From the IMG/VR virus record IMGVR_UViG_3300045135_000807, positions 36-64,035 of that record: a stretch of 64,000 nt of DNA; one strand, written 5' to 3'. The notes under the pieces were generated by a model that saw nothing but the letters and a program-made list of their open reading frames with translations, was not told the origin of the DNA and did not search any database. This DNA comes from a virus. Lineage: Duplodnaviria > Caudoviricetes. Of the stretch, positions 46,925-60,296 are shown piece after piece. Positions within the stretch are counted from its first letter, which is position 1, and every line of letters begins with the position of its first letter. The position numbers and the translations under genes were made by a program.

Positions 46925-49900
46925 TTATAAAGCTGTTACTGTTATTGTTGTTGGAGAACCTCCTAAAAAGACGGTTGATACTATATTTGCGTTGATAGTC
47001 GTAGAGTTGTTTGTGATAGCACATACTACAGTAGTATCGTTTGTGGATAGATTAGTAAAGCTAACATCAAAGTCGTGACCACCATAAGCACCTGTGTCTA
47101 CCACCTTGAAGAATACTGGATCCGCACCATAGGCGTGTACCACTTCGTAAATCTTAGCCACTGACATACCGCTAGTACTGCAAGTGAACGCTACTCTAAA
47201 TGCTTGTGCTCCATTGGTACAGCTTATACTAAAGATGTCTTCAGAAGTGCTAGCAGTGACTGTATCGTTGAAGCTGTAGATACCTGCATCATTACCTCCG
47301 ATGAAGTTGTCTGCTTTTACGTTACCGTTTACCTCTAGCTTCTGAGAAGGAGAAGTAGTCCCGATACCTAAACTACCTCCTGTGAACCTAGCGTATTCTC
47401 CGTTATCTCCATTTACTATAGATACATATCCTGACTGACCAGCTTGCAGAGATATTCCATCAATTAAACTAGTGCCAGTTTGCCCGATATATATGATATC
47501 AGAACCACTTTTTCCTATTAGCTTTCTTAAATTATTGTTATCTCGGGTATATATATAGTCGCCTTCATCTATAATAATAGCAGTGTCAGAAGGGATATCA
47601 CCAACACCAAAATCCGCTGCTGTACCACCTCTAAAGTACGCTACACCATTTAAATCAAAAGTTTGTAGCGGACTAGTAGTCCCGATACCAACATTGCCAG
47701 TTGAGGTAATTGAAGCTGCTACAGAAGCATTATTATATAGATGTAATTTTGAAGAAGAATCTAAATATATTCCAGCCCCATTATATGCGCCACCTACAGT
47801 TAAATTTACTGCTGCAGTTGTAGATCCTTGTATTTTTAAGATTTTATCACCATATGGAGAAGTCACTGTACTGGTGCCAATACCTACGTTACCAGCGTTA
47901 TCAATACGCATTCTTTCTACAAGCGTACCTCCCGTACTATCTGTATGGAATGTTAGTCTACCACCACCGCCAGTATCGTAATTAGAACTAATTCTTGAAC
48001 GCTCATTGTCGTTAATGAATTTCAACGAAGCTGTATTGCCCGATCCGTTAGAGTCAATAGCGATATCCCCTACAGTGTGCAGCCTTTCGCTAGGACTGGT
48101 CGTTCCGATACCTACGTTTCCAGAAGCGTTTATGTTAATATTGTTTGCGCTTAGTGAATCATTCATACCATATGATGCGTATGAATTCTCTGCTATAACA
48201 TATGCTGATGTGTCATTATCAGACACAACTAATTTACTTCTGTTAGCTGTAGACTTTACTAAAAGACCGTTTGGCGCTCCTCCACCGTATTCAATATGTA
48301 GTTTAGATAAAGGACTAGTAGTTCCAATACCTAATCCCGTGGCGTTTAAAGCCATACTAACATTACTATTAGTATACCAATATGTGTTTGTTGGATTAGC
48401 TGCGGAAGTAATAGTACCATTAGCAAATAACCTTACATATCCAGACTGGATACCAAGTTCACCATAACCAGATGTAGCACCACCCTCTATTCTAATTTTA
48501 GCTAGATGGTTAGCAGATGCAGCATCTACAACGTGTAAGGCAGTAGCAGGACTAGTAGTTCCGATCCCAACGTTGCCGTTACTATTAATTCTTACAAGCT
48601 CATTAGATACAGTACCAAGTACAATTGGGTCACCGTCAGTAGCTCTGAATTGGAAACCACCTCCTTGATAGTTAATGTAACCTCTATCAGAATTTGCACT
48701 TCTTTCAACTACGATACCTTGATTCTTGTCTGTATCATTAGCTGTTTTAACGTGAAGTCTAGATGCAGGACTAGTAGTTCCAATACCAACGTTGCCGCCT
48801 TGAGTAAGAGTCATAGTGTCTCCAGCAGCAGCACCCTCGGTTCCTACCTGTGTAGTTTTGAATCTTAATTGACCGCTGCCTCCAGATGGCCCCGCCACAG
48901 CATAAATACTTGCTGCAATATTTGCAGAATCATCAGTATCATCATTATTATAGAACTGAATTGCGCCTATAGTGTCTCCTAAACTTAATGATGTAGAAGT
49001 ATTTTCTAATCGTATTATAGATGCATCTGTTCCGCCTGAAATATGAAGCTTAGTACTAGGACTATCTGTACCGACACCAACATTGCCGTCACCACGTACA
49101 GTAAATAGGTTACCGCCAGCAGTGTTCTCAACAAGTAATGCCTTATCAACTGAGTTTGTACCCGCTCTAAAGCGCATACCGTATGACTGACCTGTTGTAG
49201 TGCCAGCATCTATACGAACAGCATAAGCGTTATCATCTCCCTGAACAACAAGCTTACCCGTTGTAGGGCTGGTAGTTCCAATACCTACGTTGCCATTAGC
49301 TGCAATACGCATTCTTGTACTCCAAGTTAATGCGTTATCCTCCGTTCCCGAAGCAGCGTTGTTAAAGTCTATATTACCAGCAGAGAAAACTATTGTTTCA
49401 GCTTCGTCACTAGTTAAATACTTATAAGATGCATCACTTGCGAAATAAAAATTTCGTCCAATATTGAAGCCATATGTGTTTGCAGATGTATTGAAAAATA
49501 GGTTTGCTGTTTTACCTAATCTTAAATTATTCCAATTAGCATATGAACTTGCGCCAAAATCATTTGTACCAATACCTACGTTGCCATTAGCTGCAATACG
49601 CATTCTCTCAGAACCGTTGGTTCCAATAATCATATCGGTATTGTTGTAGCCGTATAGTATTGGTTGCTCAGAACCATTAATACCTACAAAGAAACCAGTA
49701 TCACCATCCTCACCAGTAGTGCTGTTTGTAAACTTAGCTGTAGAAGTACCGCTTGTTGACTCGTGTATCTGAAGCTGTCTATCTGGGGTTGATGTACCTA
49801 TACCAATTCTTCCGTTGGTCTCAGCTATTACAGAATCGGTTAACGTGCTTGAAGTATCCCACTTAGCTACATAATTTGTTGTACCACTACCCCCTGTAGG

Positions 49901-52900
49901 AGAGCCTTGTACAGCTGTTTCAATGACGTTACCGCTACTATCTACAGCTAGGGCATAGGCAGGTGTGCCTGTGAAAGTGTTAGAGCCGTAAGAGCTAAAC
50001 TGAAGACTACCGTTGGAAGCGATACGCATACGCTCAATAGCGTTTGTGCTAGAGCTTGTTCCAGCTGGCATAGTACCAAAGGTCATATAAGTTTCACCAG
50101 AAGCGCCCTCTCCAAAAACTCTTATATCAGCTCTAACTCCGTCTCCTTGTCCGTCATTTCCTTTCCATTGAATACCACCGTATTCTTGACCAGCGTTTAT
50201 TGAATTTCCCGAATCATTTAATGTGATTCTTAACTTAGGCGCTATATTTACTGCTGCTCCTAATTCCAAATTGGCATCTGGATTCGTAGTGCCAATACCG
50301 ACATTACCACCGTCTTTAATGTAGAACACACTAGTACCGTCATCCTGCACATCCATAATGTCTTGTGCACCTTTCTGATTGATGGTTACAGCTGGACCCG
50401 TACCATCGTTAGTTACGTTCCACTGCTCTGTAGTGTTTACGTCTGTATCAATCTGTGTGTATGATCCGTTTACCTCTAAGTTCCCTTCAATGCGTACGTT
50501 ACCCGATACGTGTAGTTTTTCTGTTGGGGAAGTAGTCCCAATACCAATGTTGCCAGATGGTGAAATTGCAAACCTGTCTGCGGAGTTGGTATCATCGTAA
50601 ATTCTTAATGTACCATTTCCATTGATAATAGAATAGTCTGGGTTATCTTCTGTGTCTCTTAGCCAAATTCTCGGGAAGGTTCCGTCAATGTATAAATTAC
50701 CACCGGTAAACTGACCATTACCTACTACGTGTAGTTTTTCTGAAGGGGAAGCTGTTCCAATACCCACATTGCTGCTAAAATACGCTGTCTTTAGGGTACT
50801 TATTAAATTATTAGCAATTGCAAAGGCATTTGTTGTACCACCGTTTGCTCTAAATCTATGCTCTCCTGATTGAGATTTATGGTATATGTTTCCGCTTGAA
50901 TCACCATCTACTTGATAATTACCAGAAGAGACAGCTACGTGTAGTTTATCAGCTGGACTAGTAGTGCCGATACCAACGTTACCAGATGTCGTAATAGCGA
51001 CCCTTGTTCCTGCGTTTGTCTTTAAGTACAAAGGATGATTTGAATCAGTTCCTATAGCGGCTAGTGAGGCTTGTGCCTGTACGTTAAACAAAGCGCCAGA
51101 TGCTCTTTCTACTTCAAATTCACCATTACCTGTAGAGTAAACGTGTAGCTGTGCATTGGGACTTGTAGTACCAATACCAACATTACCAGCTTCTATGGTT
51201 AGCCCGTGTACAGCATTAGTCGGATAAACACCATTTTGCGTTGAATCAGAAGTATAGAAATCAATAGCGTTAGATGCAGAGCTAGAGGAGTTGTGGCGAG
51301 TAGTTATGAAATGAGAATAATCATCAGTACCGTTATAGCTTAGTCTTAACTGAACTCTGTTGTTTGTTCCTGAACCTACGTCACCATTAGCAATCATTAC
51401 AGCGTAACCAGAAGTAGCTCTTACATCAAGCTTAGCTGTAGGGCTAGATGTTCCGATACCTATGTTACCTGTTGATATTACATCTGCTACAGTAATATCA
51501 TTAGTAGTAGTATTCCCTCTAGTCGTTACACTATCTAGCGTATCTTCAATAGTGTCTGAGTCTACAGTAATGTTACCATCAGCATCTGACTTGAGGTATC
51601 CTGCTCCGTATGAGTTGAACTGAAGACTTTGATCATTCTTAACGGTAATAGCGTCTGTTCCCCCTGTGGCTAGTATAATCTCACCGTTAAGAGAAGAAGC
51701 GTTAATCTTATGTCCAGCGTGGTCACTTGTAGTATTGTAAGAAGATAGTCTAAGCTGTCTTGTTGAACCTGATCCAAAGTAAGCGTATTCCCCAACAGTA
51801 GAATTGTTTACATCAAGTTTTGCGTTAGGAGATGTTGTTCCAATACCTACATCACCTGCGCTTGTGATACGCATATGCTCATCTAGAGAATCGGTACCAT
51901 CGTATGTTTTGAAGACTAGGTTGTAACCACTGTTGATGATTTCAACGTCACCAGAACCCCATCTCAACGGCTGTCCCGAGGCGATGTTTACACTACCGTT
52001 AATGTCTAGCTTGTAGCCAGGACTGGTAGTTCCGATACCAATGTTACCCGTAGTCTCTTGGAAGAACATTCTGGTAGTAGACTCCTCTTTTATGTATAGA
52101 CCATTGCCATAGTCTACCAAGAAATCATACACTCTGTTATTCCCGTCTGAGTCTTCAATTCTAAGCACAGCGTTTGTACCGCTGGATTTAAGATGCAGAA
52201 TTGTTGCTGGCGTGTTGCTAGCTGCGCTATCTCCTACCAATAAACTTCCTGCTCTAGCATTACCTACTACGTGTAAGTTGTTTGTTGGAGAGGTTGTGCC
52301 GATACCAACCTTGGTATTTGAGAAATATGCAATTCCATCTACAGCTCCGCCAGTAATAGTAAATCTTTCTAAAGAAGCGCCAACATCTGTTCTAGTATAA
52401 AAACTATGATTGTAATCAGAATTAGAAATCTGATAATACGTGTGATTAGTTGCTGTTCCGTATATACTGTTGTTTATTCTAATGTCTCCGTCTACATCAA
52501 GCTTTCTTGTTGGAGAGGTTGTACCGACACCAACATTACCATCGGCATCAATAATCATTCTTGTGGCACTAGCAGCTCCATTAAAACCAATGAACTTGAT
52601 AGTACCGTTAGAAGTGCCGTTCTGAGAAGTTAGGTTTAGACTACCTTCTATTTCGTCAATAAACGCTAGTTGATTCGTACCGTCCGAATCTTTCATAGCA
52701 ATACGAGCGTAGTTACCCGTAGCGCCTACAATCTGCAAGTCAGCAGATGGATGGATTGAGGATGCGACACCTATTAAAACCTTACCTCCTGTGAAGTACG
52801 AGTCTTGGTATGAGCTTAGGTACAGCTTAGTTGTACCACCAGACTTTGCAGACATCAACCCTCCAGAGCCGTTAGACTCTAGTTCGCTGTAGTTATCCGT

Positions 52901-54679
52901 ATCGTACTGACTACGAACTACATTACCCCCGTTAGTACGGATATAGCTGTCACTAATAATTTCTTCTGTAGACCTAATGTTTCCGTCAACATCAAGTCTG
53001 TACTCTGGAGCAGTAGTATTAATCCCGAGTTTGCCAGTGCTGTCAATGCGCATACGCTCATTTGACTGACCGTCCGCAAGGATAATAGTGTTTGAAAGGT
53101 CGGTAGCCAATCCAGTAATCTTACCAATAACAACGTTGTAGCTACCTGTAGTAACTCCGTTGTTCCCGATACCGATCATAATGTTGCCAGTACCTGTAGT
53201 GATGCCACTACCAGAAGCCTGACCTAATGTGGTGTTGTCTGAACCTGTGGTCAAGAAGTACAACGCACCGTTACCGATACCCGTGTTCTTTGCGGCAGCA
53301 CCGTTCATTTGGATACCCGCCTGAGAACCCAACATTGTGTTGTATCCTCCAGTGAGCTCTGTGTAGTAAGGTCCAGCATATGAACCCACAAAGGTGCTCT
53401 GTGTGCCATTATCTCTCTGTCCTGCGGCTGTACCTACAGCTACTGCGTAAGAAACGTCAGGAGAGTATCTTAAAGTGTCTTCACCGATACCTACGTTAGC
53501 AGCACCCTCTGATGCATTCAATGCGTTCTTACCGATAGCCAAAGAACCGTCTCCAGCATCAGCGCCCATAGCGCCCTCACCAATGGCAATATTGTCTAAG
53601 TCCGTAGACTGACCTCTACCGATAGTGATACTCCCTACTCTAATGTTGTCGGCATCAATATCCAACCAGTACAGAGGAGTAGTTCTGTTAATCCCCGTGT
53701 ATCCTTGTTGGTTCTGATAGATGTATGGTGTGATCGGGAACCCAGTAGGTTGTGGGTCTGTAACCGTAACAGTCTCATCTGAGGCACGTACACGTGTTAA
53801 GATGTTAGTGTCTGTACCGTCATCACTCAAGCTTCCTACGAAGAAGAAGTGGTTGTCAGCAGTACCGCCTGTAGCTCTAGCCTTTAGCGCAATGTACTTA
53901 ACACCGTCAATGTCAATCTCCTCAAGATGGGTGAAGAATAAGCTGTCCCCTACGATCTTAAACTCGCTGAGGTCAAAGTTGTTTGTAGTATCTGAGTCAA
54001 AAGAAGTCTGAGCAACGATGTCTACGTAACCGTTGTTGTTGATTGTAGTGTTACTACCTCGTGAGAAATAGATTCTACCCGTAACACCTGTTACAGCTTG
54101 GTAGTAGTTCTCCTGGCTGTCGCCCTCCTCTAGCTCTTCTTCTGCTGGGATAGATGTAGGCTGCTGTGCAATGACAAGGTATTCGTCATCTACACCACCG
54201 TCTCCCATGCTAAAGCTTGGAAGCTCTCTAATAATATAATCTCCACTCAAGAAGTCTGAGTCTCCGGATACCTTAACATCTCCTGTCACGTCAAGCGCAA
54301 CAGAAGGTGTAGTGTTATTGATACCTACGTTTGTTCCGTCATTAGTAATGACAGAGTTTACAAGCTTCTCGTTTGTGTCATCCCACTTCGTTACCGTGTT
54401 GTCGGTAAGATCTGCCGCTCCTCTAAAAGACACTGAAGCGTCTCCAAAGTCTGGACTTTCATCGTCTCTGGTAATGGTGATACCCTCACCTTCTTCTATA
54501 CCTACAGTACCTACGGTAACCCATATGGTTCCGTTCCAATACTTGATCTCATCGTCTACAGTATCGTAGTATACCTGACCCTCAACAGGTGACTCAGGAG
54601 CAGAATCAAGGTTCTGAATGCGTGCATTCTGTAGCTCGTTCTTTAAAAGGTTTATGTCGGTATAGAACTTTTTAGCCAT
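46925..54679 (-). CDS. Very long tail fibre (2584 aa)
   Basis: About 25 [14 protein letters not shown] repeats, a YadA-like NxAIG repeat stretch and an N-terminal [10 protein letters not shown] attachment-like motif. Confidence 0.85.
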   Translation of the reverse strand: MAKKFYTDINLLKNELQNARIQNLDSAPESPVEGQVYYDTVDDEIKYWNGTIWVTVGTVGIEEGEGITITRDDESPDFGDASVSFRGAADLTDNTVTKWDDTNEKLVNSVITNDGTNVGINNTTPSVALDVTGDVKVSGDSDFLSGDYIIRELPSFSMGDGGVDDEYLVIAQQPTSIPAEEELEEGDSQENYYQAVTGVTGRIYFSRGSNTTINNNGYVDIVAQTSFDSDTTNNFDLSEFKIVGDSLFFTHLEEIDIDGVKYIALKARATGGTADNHFFFVGSLSDDGTDTNILTRVRASDETVTVTDPQPTGFPITPYIYQNQQGYTGINRTTPLYWLDIDADNIRVGSITIGRGQSTDLDNIAIGEGAMGADAGDGSLAIGKNALNASEGAANVGIGEDTLRYSPDVSYAVAVGTAAGQRDNGTQSTFVGSYAGPYYTELTGGYNTMLGSQAGIQMNGAAAKNTGIGNGALYFLTTGSDNTTLGQASGSGITTGTGNIMIGIGNNGVTTGSYNVVIGKITGLATDLSNTIILADGQSNERMRIDSTGKLGINTTAPEYRLDVDGNIRSTEEIISDSYIRTNGGNVVRSQYDTDNYSELESNGSGGLMSAKSGGTTKLYLSSYQDSYFTGGKVLIGVASSIHPSADLQIVGATGNYARIAMKDSDGTNQLAFIDEIEGSLNLTSQNGTSNGTIKFIGFNGAASATRMIIDADGNVGVGTTSPTRKLDVDGDIRINNSIYGTATNHTYYQISNSDYNHSFYTRTDVGASLERFTITGGAVDGIAYFSNTKVGIGTTSPTNNLHVVGNARAGSLLVGDSAASNTPATILHLKSSGTNAVLRIEDSDGNNRVYDFLVDYGNGLYIKEESTTRMFFQETTGNIGIGTTSPGYKLDINGSVNIASGQPLRWGSGDVEIINSGYNLVFKTYDGTDSLDEHMRITSAGDVGIGTTSPNAKLDVNNSTVGEYAYFGSGSTRQLRLSSYNTTSDHAGHKINASSLNGEIILATGGTDAITVKNDQSLQFNSYGAGYLKSDADGNITVDSDTIEDTLDSVTTRGNTTTNDITVADVISTGNIGIGTSSPTAKLDVRATSGYAVMIANGDVGSGTNNRVQLRLSYNGTDDYSHFITTRHNSSSSASNAIDFYTSDSTQNGVYPTNAVHGLTIEAGNVGIGTTSPNAQLHVYSTGNGEFEVERASGALFNVQAQASLAAIGTDSNHPLYLKTNAGTRVAITTSGNVGIGTTSPADKLHVAVSSGNYQVDGDSSGNIYHKSQSGEHRFRANGGTTNAFAIANNLISTLKTAYFSSNVGIGTASPSEKLHVVGNGQFTGGNLYIDGTFPRIWLRDTEDNPDYSIINGNGTLRIYDDTNSADRFAISPSGNIGIGTTSPTEKLHVSGNVRIEGNLEVNGSYTQIDTDVNTTEQWNVTNDGTGPAVTINQKGAQDIMDVQDDGTSVFYIKDGGNVGIGTTNPDANLELGAAVNIAPKLRITLNDSGNSINAGQEYGGIQWKGNDGQGDGVRADIRVFGEGASGETYMTFGTMPAGTSSSTNAIERMRIASNGSLQFSSYGSNTFTGTPAYALAVDSSGNVIETAVQGSPTGGSGTTNYVAKWDTSSTLTDSVIAETNGRIGIGTSTPDRQLQIHESTSGTSTAKFTNSTTGEDGDTGFFVGINGSEQPILYGYNNTDMIIGTNGSERMRIAANGNVGIGTNDFGASSYANWNNLRLGKTANLFFNTSANTYGFNIGRNFYFASDASYKYLTSDEAETIVFSAGNIDFNNAASGTEDNALTWSTRMRIAANGNVGIGTTSPTTGKLVVQGDDNAYAVRIDAGTTTGQSYGMRFRAGTNSVDKALLVENTAGGNLFTVRGDGNVGVGTDSPSTKLHISGGTDASIIRLENTSTSLSLGDTIGAIQFYNNDDTDDSANIAASIYAVAGPSGGSGQLRFKTTQVGTEGAAAGDTMTLTQGGNVGIGTTSPASRLHVKTANDTDKNQGIVVERSANSDRGYINYQGGGFQFRATDGDPIVLGTVSNELVRINSNGNVGIGTTSPATALHVVDAASANHLAKIRIEGGATSGYGELGIQSGYVRLFANGTITSAANPTNTYWYTNSNVSMALNATGLGIGTTSPLSKLHIEYGGGAPNGLLVKSTANRSKLVVSDNDTSAYVIAENSYASYGMNDSLSANNININASGNVGIGTTSPSERLHTVGDIAIDSNGSGNTASLKFINDNERSRISSNYDTGGGGRLTFHTDSTGGTLVERMRIDNAGNVGIGTSTVTSPYGDKILKIQGSTTAAVNLTVGGAYNGAGIYLDSSSKLHLYNNASVAASITSTGNVGIGTTSPLQTFDLNGVAYFRGGTAADFGVGDIPSDTAIIIDEGDYIYTRDNNNLRKLIGKSGSDIIYIGQTGTSLIDGISLQAGQSGYVSIVNGDNGEYARFTGGSLGIGTTSPSQKLEVNGNVKADNFIGGNDAGIYSFNDTVTASTSEDIFSISCTNGAQAFRVAFTCSTSGMSVAKIYEVVHAYGADPVFFKVVDTGAYGGHDFDVSFTNLSTNDTTVVCAITNNSTTINANIVSTVFLGGSPTTITVTAL

Positions 54680-54687
54680 CGGAAATA

Positions 54688-55017
54688 TTAGTTGAAGTGG
54701 GCAGTACCTGTGATTGCCTCACTGAATGTTATTGTTACTGCGTTATCTGACAAATGCTGAACATCAGCAACTATCTCATACCCGTCATCATCCAAGATAA
54801 CGACAGCTGGTTTCTTGATCAAGCTGTGAGTTATGTTCCATACAGCTGATGGTTCCGTTTGATTATGTACGTAGCTGAGGTCACCACCACCCTTTAGACC
54901 ACGGATGGCAATAGTGTTTTGTACAGGCTGGTTTACAACAGTTGCCTTGTTGTATCCTGTCTGTTTTACTGAGATGCTTGTAGAAGCACCACTTTGTATT
55001 TGGATAATATTACTCAC
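54688..55017 (-). CDS. Small tail-associated protein
   Basis: [24 protein letters not shown] motif; directly upstream of the fibre gene. Confidence 0.6.
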   Translation of the reverse strand: MSNIIQIQSGASTSISVKQTGYNKATVVNQPVQNTIAIRGLKGGGDLSYVHNQTEPSAVWNITHSLIKKPAVVILDDDGYEIVADVQHLSDNAVTITFSEAITGTAHFN

Positions 55018-55393
55018 TTACATCTTCGTTTACTTTAAACACCCCGTACATCCAAGTGACAATAGTTGACCCTTGTACAGATTGTAAATCGTAAACGTAG
55101 ATACCGCCATCAATGGTAGCCATAATAGAAGCGGGAGAAGTAATTGTAAGGACACCGTTTGCATCGCCAACAAAACCAAAGTCGTTATCAGTCTCATCGT
55201 CTGAGTCACCACTCAAAGCTGCTGTAACTGAAGTATCTGACTCTCGCACTTGCATTACCCAGTCGTAACCTACGGATAGGTCAATGACGTTGCCGTCTTC
55301 GTCTTTAAATGTAAGTTCCAGTGTGAATGTATCGCCTTTGCGACAGGTGATGTCTACCCTTGATGCTATGTCTAAGTTTACGCTAGTTGCCAT
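55010..55393 (-). CDS. Ig-like virion protein (BppU-N-like)
   Basis: RKGDTFTLELTF...IDL...GIYVYDLQ...GVFKV beta-sandwich pattern; TAAATTTG box at 55398-55405. Confidence 0.6.
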   Translation of the reverse strand: MATSVNLDIASRVDITCRKGDTFTLELTFKDEDGNVIDLSVGYDWVMQVRESDTSVTAALSGDSDDETDNDFGFVGDANGVLTITSPASIMATIDGGIYVYDLQSVQGSTIVTWMYGVFKVNEDVSE

Positions 55394-55410
55394 ATTGCAA
55401 ATTTACTAAA

Positions 55411-57837
55411 TCATTGATTACCAAATAGTTGGTCTATTCTTGCTGTAGGATCATCTAGCTCACCACGCTTGCCTTGTCGTTGCGATAAAAGCTTAGACTG
55501 TTCAATAGCTTGTTTTTTAACACGCTCGTCTTTACGGTCTTCTTTCATAGCCTCATCTCTAGCCTCAGCATTGCTTTCAATTTGCTGTTCAATGACACCG
55601 TATTCGCCTTTCATGCGCTCAAGCTCTAATTTCATCTGGTGCTCTAGCTGTGCGTATTGTGCTTTTAGCTGATACTCAAATTCAGTTTTCTGCATATCCA
55701 ATTGAGTCAAGGCTTGTTGCTTTTGCATTTCTGCCTGCATGGTCATCTGAGCTTGCTGAGCTTGCGCCTGTGACTGAGCTTGGACATTCTGTTGTGCAAT
55801 TTGCTGTTGAAGTGCAATACGCTTCTTACGTCTAATGATCAATAAACGCTCTGCCTGGTCAACATCCTTGAGTTGACGAACAGCAATAGCATCCTCTAGA
55901 TCAATCTCTTTTTGCGCCAATGCAATCTGAATATTCTGCTCTAGGTATTGACGGTCACGATCGTTAAGGTCGGTGAGCACACGTACGCCAAAGTTATACA
56001 TAGGTAAATCACGGAAGCTGTTAAGGACAGCCATATTGGTCTTACCGATAGCTTTTTCATATACCTTGAAGATAACAGACTCTGTAGGCAATATCTGAAC
56101 ACACTTCAAGATGTCCTCACACACTCTGCGGTAAAGGATCATACTTGCATTAGTGATGTCATAGATAGCGTTATTACCAGCACTAACAGCCATTTGGTTT
56201 ACACCTACTAGAGCTTCACCCTTAGGCGTTGTTCCGTCCATTACTTCGTTGATACCCGTGGAGTCACGGATCATGCGCAAGTAGTGGTTGTAGAGTGCGA
56301 TAAGCTCGTTGATGTTACGGATGCTGTTATTAATCTCACGGATAGGAGGGTTCTGAAATCCACCTTCTGGATTCTTAGAACGGTAGTACATGATACCTGT
56401 TTGTTCGTAGATATCTTGAATCTCCAATGGTGATAGCTCTCCGCCACGTCCTAGGTCTACATTCTCAAGACCTTCAATATCAATGATGATACCGTCAGGC
56501 TTACTCTTAGCAATAGCTTGCTGTAGCTTGAGGTGTGTCAATTGCAACTGATCTGCAAATCCAATAACGCCAGATACCAAAGACTTTGGAATCATGTTAC
56601 GCATGTTTACAGATGCTACTGAGTATGATAAGCGAGCCTTAGAAATATCGTGGATATTCTTAGGAATGTTGTTCTTCTTACCGTAGTTGAAGATGTGGTC
56701 TGTACCAATAATGTACATACCTCCATATACGGTAGTGTTGTTCATGTATACTGGCTCACGATCATATACTGAGTTCTTAGGAGCTTCGTATTCTTCTCCT
56801 TTAAAATAGAATCCCATGTTACCGTGACGAGACATCTTATTCTCGTAGATCATAGAATCTACAGACAAGAACTCAAAGTCTAGTACCTCAATGGTATACT
56901 CATCGTAGCCGTATTTATATCTATTAAGCTGTTTGTCGTAGTATTTCTCTGTGAAGCGGTCAGCACTATTAGAATGCTTGTTCATGACATTCTGAGCCAT
57001 CTCAGCGTACTCCTTTTCAGTGAATTGATCACCGGCTAGTCGCTTGAGCTCCATAATGCTTAGGCGCTTGATGTGCCCAGCATATACTAGGTCAGAGAAT
57101 GTTGGATCATCAGTATAATTATGAACGAACATCGCTGGGTCAACATACTCTTCTGTGATACCGTAGTTAGGATCGTTAGAGCGTTTAGCCACAGCCATAC
57201 CACAAGCGATGATGTCTTCCACACATCTACGATAGATACGTTCATCAAAGTCGTTCCAAGATAGTGTAAGCTGTGTCGCTAGCTGTCCAGCAACCTCAGC
57301 GTCTGTCTTTACGTTTGTTTCTAAAAAGATTTCAGCTTCCTCAGGAGTCTCTGGCAACTGATCAGGATCGTAGCTTACCTGTAGGCCAGACTGCTTAGCT
57401 TCCTGTAGCATCTCTTTCTTTTCAATGAACAGGGCAATCTCTTTTTTCTTGAGGTCTTTTTCGTTTTGAGACAGCGGGTCCACAGCTTCAATCTGTGGGT
57501 AGCGATACGATGAGATAATTTTGTTTGCAACAATCTTTACAAACTTAGGTACGATAGGTACTGGTGTCCAGTCAATAGCTAACAAAGAGCCATCGTCATT
57601 ACCAGGATCTAAACTATTTAAGATTTGTTTGTAGATGCGAGTGTCCTGTGTACCATTTGCGTACATGCGTGACTGCTCAAACTCTTTGTACCTTTTTTGG
57701 TACAGGCTACCTTCTGTGTCTAGCCCTCCCCACTGCATCATCATTGCCTTGGCATATTCTAGGCCATAGGCTTTTTGCTCTTTCTCAGCGTGCTTTGCAA
57801 GTGGATTCGGGAAACTACCTTTCTTTGTTATATTCAT
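55411..57837 (-). CDS. Portal protein
   Basis: 808 aa directly after the large terminase; DWTPVPIVPKFV motif; Gln-rich C-terminal barrel-like coiled coil; TATCTTTG box at 57863-57870. Confidence 0.85.
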   Translation of the reverse strand: MNITKKGSFPNPLAKHAEKEQKAYGLEYAKAMMMQWGGLDTEGSLYQKRYKEFEQSRMYANGTQDTRIYKQILNSLDPGNDDGSLLAIDWTPVPIVPKFVKIVANKIISSYRYPQIEAVDPLSQNEKDLKKKEIALFIEKKEMLQEAKQSGLQVSYDPDQLPETPEEAEIFLETNVKTDAEVAGQLATQLTLSWNDFDERIYRRCVEDIIACGMAVAKRSNDPNYGITEEYVDPAMFVHNYTDDPTFSDLVYAGHIKRLSIMELKRLAGDQFTEKEYAEMAQNVMNKHSNSADRFTEKYYDKQLNRYKYGYDEYTIEVLDFEFLSVDSMIYENKMSRHGNMGFYFKGEEYEAPKNSVYDREPVYMNNTTVYGGMYIIGTDHIFNYGKKNNIPKNIHDISKARLSYSVASVNMRNMIPKSLVSGVIGFADQLQLTHLKLQQAIAKSKPDGIIIDIEGLENVDLGRGGELSPLEIQDIYEQTGIMYYRSKNPEGGFQNPPIREINNSIRNINELIALYNHYLRMIRDSTGINEVMDGTTPKGEALVGVNQMAVSAGNNAIYDITNASMILYRRVCEDILKCVQILPTESVIFKVYEKAIGKTNMAVLNSFRDLPMYNFGVRVLTDLNDRDRQYLEQNIQIALAQKEIDLEDAIAVRQLKDVDQAERLLIIRRKKRIALQQQIAQQNVQAQSQAQAQQAQMTMQAEMQKQQALTQLDMQKTEFEYQLKAQYAQLEHQMKLELERMKGEYGVIEQQIESNAEARDEAMKEDRKDERVKKQAIEQSKLLSQRQGKRGELDDPTARIDQLFGNQ

Positions 57838-57879
57838 CGTTTCGCTGAATCTTAATCAACTACAAAGATAGATAATTTA

Positions 57880-60000
57880 TCAACGTTGTATTGGCTTGAC
57901 TTTCCGGAAGTATTTTTTGTTGCTGTTATCCTTTTTCTCGGCTTTCTTAATTGACTTTTGAGCAGCCATAAGAGCAAGTCCTGAACTGATAGAAAGGTCA
58001 AACTTGGTACGGTCGTCTATCTTAAAGTTAATCCAGTCTTCTAGTGTCTCGTCAAAGTACATCTGACCGTAATACCCTTCATCATTCATACCCACGTACT
58101 CGTGGATATATGCCTCAATAGCCTGAGCGTGAGCTTGGATAATATCCTGTGAGTTAGACGGTATACCCTTTGTCTTTGTAGCGGATCTAGAACCTCCCCC
58201 CAGGTGTGCCGGGCGGTCCATCAAGTATCCATCATATCCCCTGTTCTCAAAGTATCTAGCAATGCCGTACTTGTTGTTTTCTATAAGGATCATATATCCA
58301 TAAAAAACAGCAGCCATTAACACATCCTCATAGAAGATGCGTGCCAGTGGGGGACGAGAGGCATACTGCAATACAAAGATGTTAGAAGGGTGTTCCATGT
58401 TTACTTTGTTGTATAGGTGCAGCGCACCCTTAGAACCACGCCCATCAACAGTAGAATCAAGGTCATAACTATCCACGCCGCCTACGCCTAGCCATGCATT
58501 ACCTGGTGTACGCTTGCCATAGTTCATGACTACGTTATTGCGCAACTCTTCTGGTGGCATCCATGATGTTTTAAACCTACCATTAGGGTCCGGCCTAAAT
58601 ATTACCTTGCTGTCCTGCACACCGTTCTCCCAAACAAAGTTTCCTTGTACCACTGGATTAGGATACATCTCCATGTTACCTTCTAGCTGCTCGTATATCT
58701 TAGCGATATTAAATGTAGAGGCTTTGGTAGAATCACGGAATGCCTCATCCATAGTAAACGGGAACTGACGGATTACCTCATTAAGTTCATAGCTATCATT
58801 GGATAGGGCCTTACGCTCGTTCTTTAAGAACGTCTTAGCACCTATCTCTATCATCTCGTCATCTACACCTAATACAGGCTCTTCTGGATCATCAATCACA
58901 GGGTTTCCGTACTTATCAAAGAATCCTTCAAGTGCTTCGTATGCGGGTATAAATATTTTATAAAGACCTGTCTTTGTTCTACCGTTGGCATTTCGGTCTG
59001 TTGGATCAGAGTTGTATACTAGTTTTTTAAAGTTATTACCACCCTTGTCCAATGGGTTCACTGTAGATCCTACCATTGCCTTGCCAATAATCTTACGACC
59101 TACAAGCAAACAGGTTCTATGGATACGCCAGATCTCAGTAATGTCCTCCGGCTTTTCTACTTTACCTGCTTCGTCAAGAAACAGATAATGCAGCTTTTCA
59201 CCATCGTATGCGTTAGCAGTGGTGTTCTTCCAGTTGATAATAGTGTCTAGAGCCTCACCTCTGTTTGCTGTTTTGTTGGTCTTGGTAATACGCTTAGAGG
59301 GCTCACGGAATGCCAGCTCACTACGTGGGTTGGTAGTACCGTCCTGAATAGGCTTGAAGAAGAATGGATAGTTACGGTATATCGGCATAACCTTCTTCAT
59401 AAACACGTTCTCCTGAGCATCCTTACCGGTCTTAGATATGATACCCAACAGCTTGTCTTTTACCTGTGTACCTTCATCGGAGATATTGCCTGAACACATC
59501 TGCGTATATCCCGAACGTCTACACTTGACGTATACCTGTCCCATAGATCTTGGATCAGATTCACAGGCCACAAAGTGTCTAGATAATCTGTTTTGAAACT
59601 CCAGGTAGCTGGGATATCCAATGTCAATCTTTGACCATTGTAAGAACATGTAGTGGTGTCCTGTAATGTAAGTAGGTACACCGTTGTTCATGAACCATAC
59701 ACCATCACGTCTACGCTGAAACTCTCTACGTATAAACTCTGTATGTTTTTCTTTAAATTGTTTAGGCATATCGTTCCACTCATCCATAGACCTAATCTTC
59801 ATAAGGTCTGCTGGTGGGTCTACTCTACGCCAGTACTGTTGCTCTACAGACAAGTCTGAAAACAGTATGTCCTTTGTCTCTGGAACCTCTGGCAGCTGGA
59901 TGTAAAGTCCAGATATCTCAATGATATCGCCAGCGGTCCCTTGTGGACAAATGTTTACCACAGACTCATCGTATCCTTTTATGTTTACTAGTCCCGACAT
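57880..60000 (-). CDS. terL: Terminase large subunit
   Basis: Variant Walker A KCRRSGYT, Walker B LFLDEAGK, nuclease motifs GVDSYD and KFDLSIS. Confidence 0.9.
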   Translation of the reverse strand: MSGLVNIKGYDESVVNICPQGTAGDIIEISGLYIQLPEVPETKDILFSDLSVEQQYWRRVDPPADLMKIRSMDEWNDMPKQFKEKHTEFIRREFQRRRDGVWFMNNGVPTYITGHHYMFLQWSKIDIGYPSYLEFQNRLSRHFVACESDPRSMGQVYVKCRRSGYTQMCSGNISDEGTQVKDKLLGIISKTGKDAQENVFMKKVMPIYRNYPFFFKPIQDGTTNPRSELAFREPSKRITKTNKTANRGEALDTIINWKNTTANAYDGEKLHYLFLDEAGKVEKPEDITEIWRIHRTCLLVGRKIIGKAMVGSTVNPLDKGGNNFKKLVYNSDPTDRNANGRTKTGLYKIFIPAYEALEGFFDKYGNPVIDDPEEPVLGVDDEMIEIGAKTFLKNERKALSNDSYELNEVIRQFPFTMDEAFRDSTKASTFNIAKIYEQLEGNMEMYPNPVVQGNFVWENGVQDSKVIFRPDPNGRFKTSWMPPEELRNNVVMNYGKRTPGNAWLGVGGVDSYDLDSTVDGRGSKGALHLYNKVNMEHPSNIFVLQYASRPPLARIFYEDVLMAAVFYGYMILIENNKYGIARYFENRGYDGYLMDRPAHLGGGSRSATKTKGIPSNSQDIIQAHAQAIEAYIHEYVGMNDEGYYGQMYFDETLEDWINFKIDDRTKFDLSISSGLALMAAQKSIKKAEKKDNSNKKYFRKVKPIQR

Positions 60001-60296
60001 TATTGTTTAGCGAACTTCTCACTGAAGCCTGAGGAGAAATCTACTTCATCTTTTATTTCACCAGTCTTCTTTAGTTCTCTTAGCATCTGCTCTAGCTTTT
60101 GATATTCTGTTATCAACTCTTTTGCATCTATTGCTGATTGCTTAATGCTTTGCAGCTCAGATCTCCTTTGGCTTCCGCTAAGTTCTTTATCTACAGGTTT
60201 CTTTATTTCTTCTGTAATGTTCTCAATAGCGATAGACATCGCATGCAAGAGCTCTTCACCAGCTTTTAATGAGCTAAATGTTTTCCTGCGTCCCAT
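60000..60296 (-). CDS. Putative terminase small subunit
   Basis: 98-aa helical protein coupled (TAATG) to terL; called on position. Confidence 0.5.
   Translation of the reverse strand: MGRRKTFSSLKAGEELLHAMSIAIENITEEIKKPVDKELSGSQRRSELQSIKQSAIDAKELITEYQKLEQMLRELKKTGEIKDEVDFSSGFSEKFAKQ

Noticed and set aside
41310-54679. Diversity-generating retroelement or invertible shufflon acting on the tail fibres
   Set aside because: No reverse transcriptase or invertase was seen, no adenine-specific TR/VR pair was noticed, and all repeats are in direct orientation.
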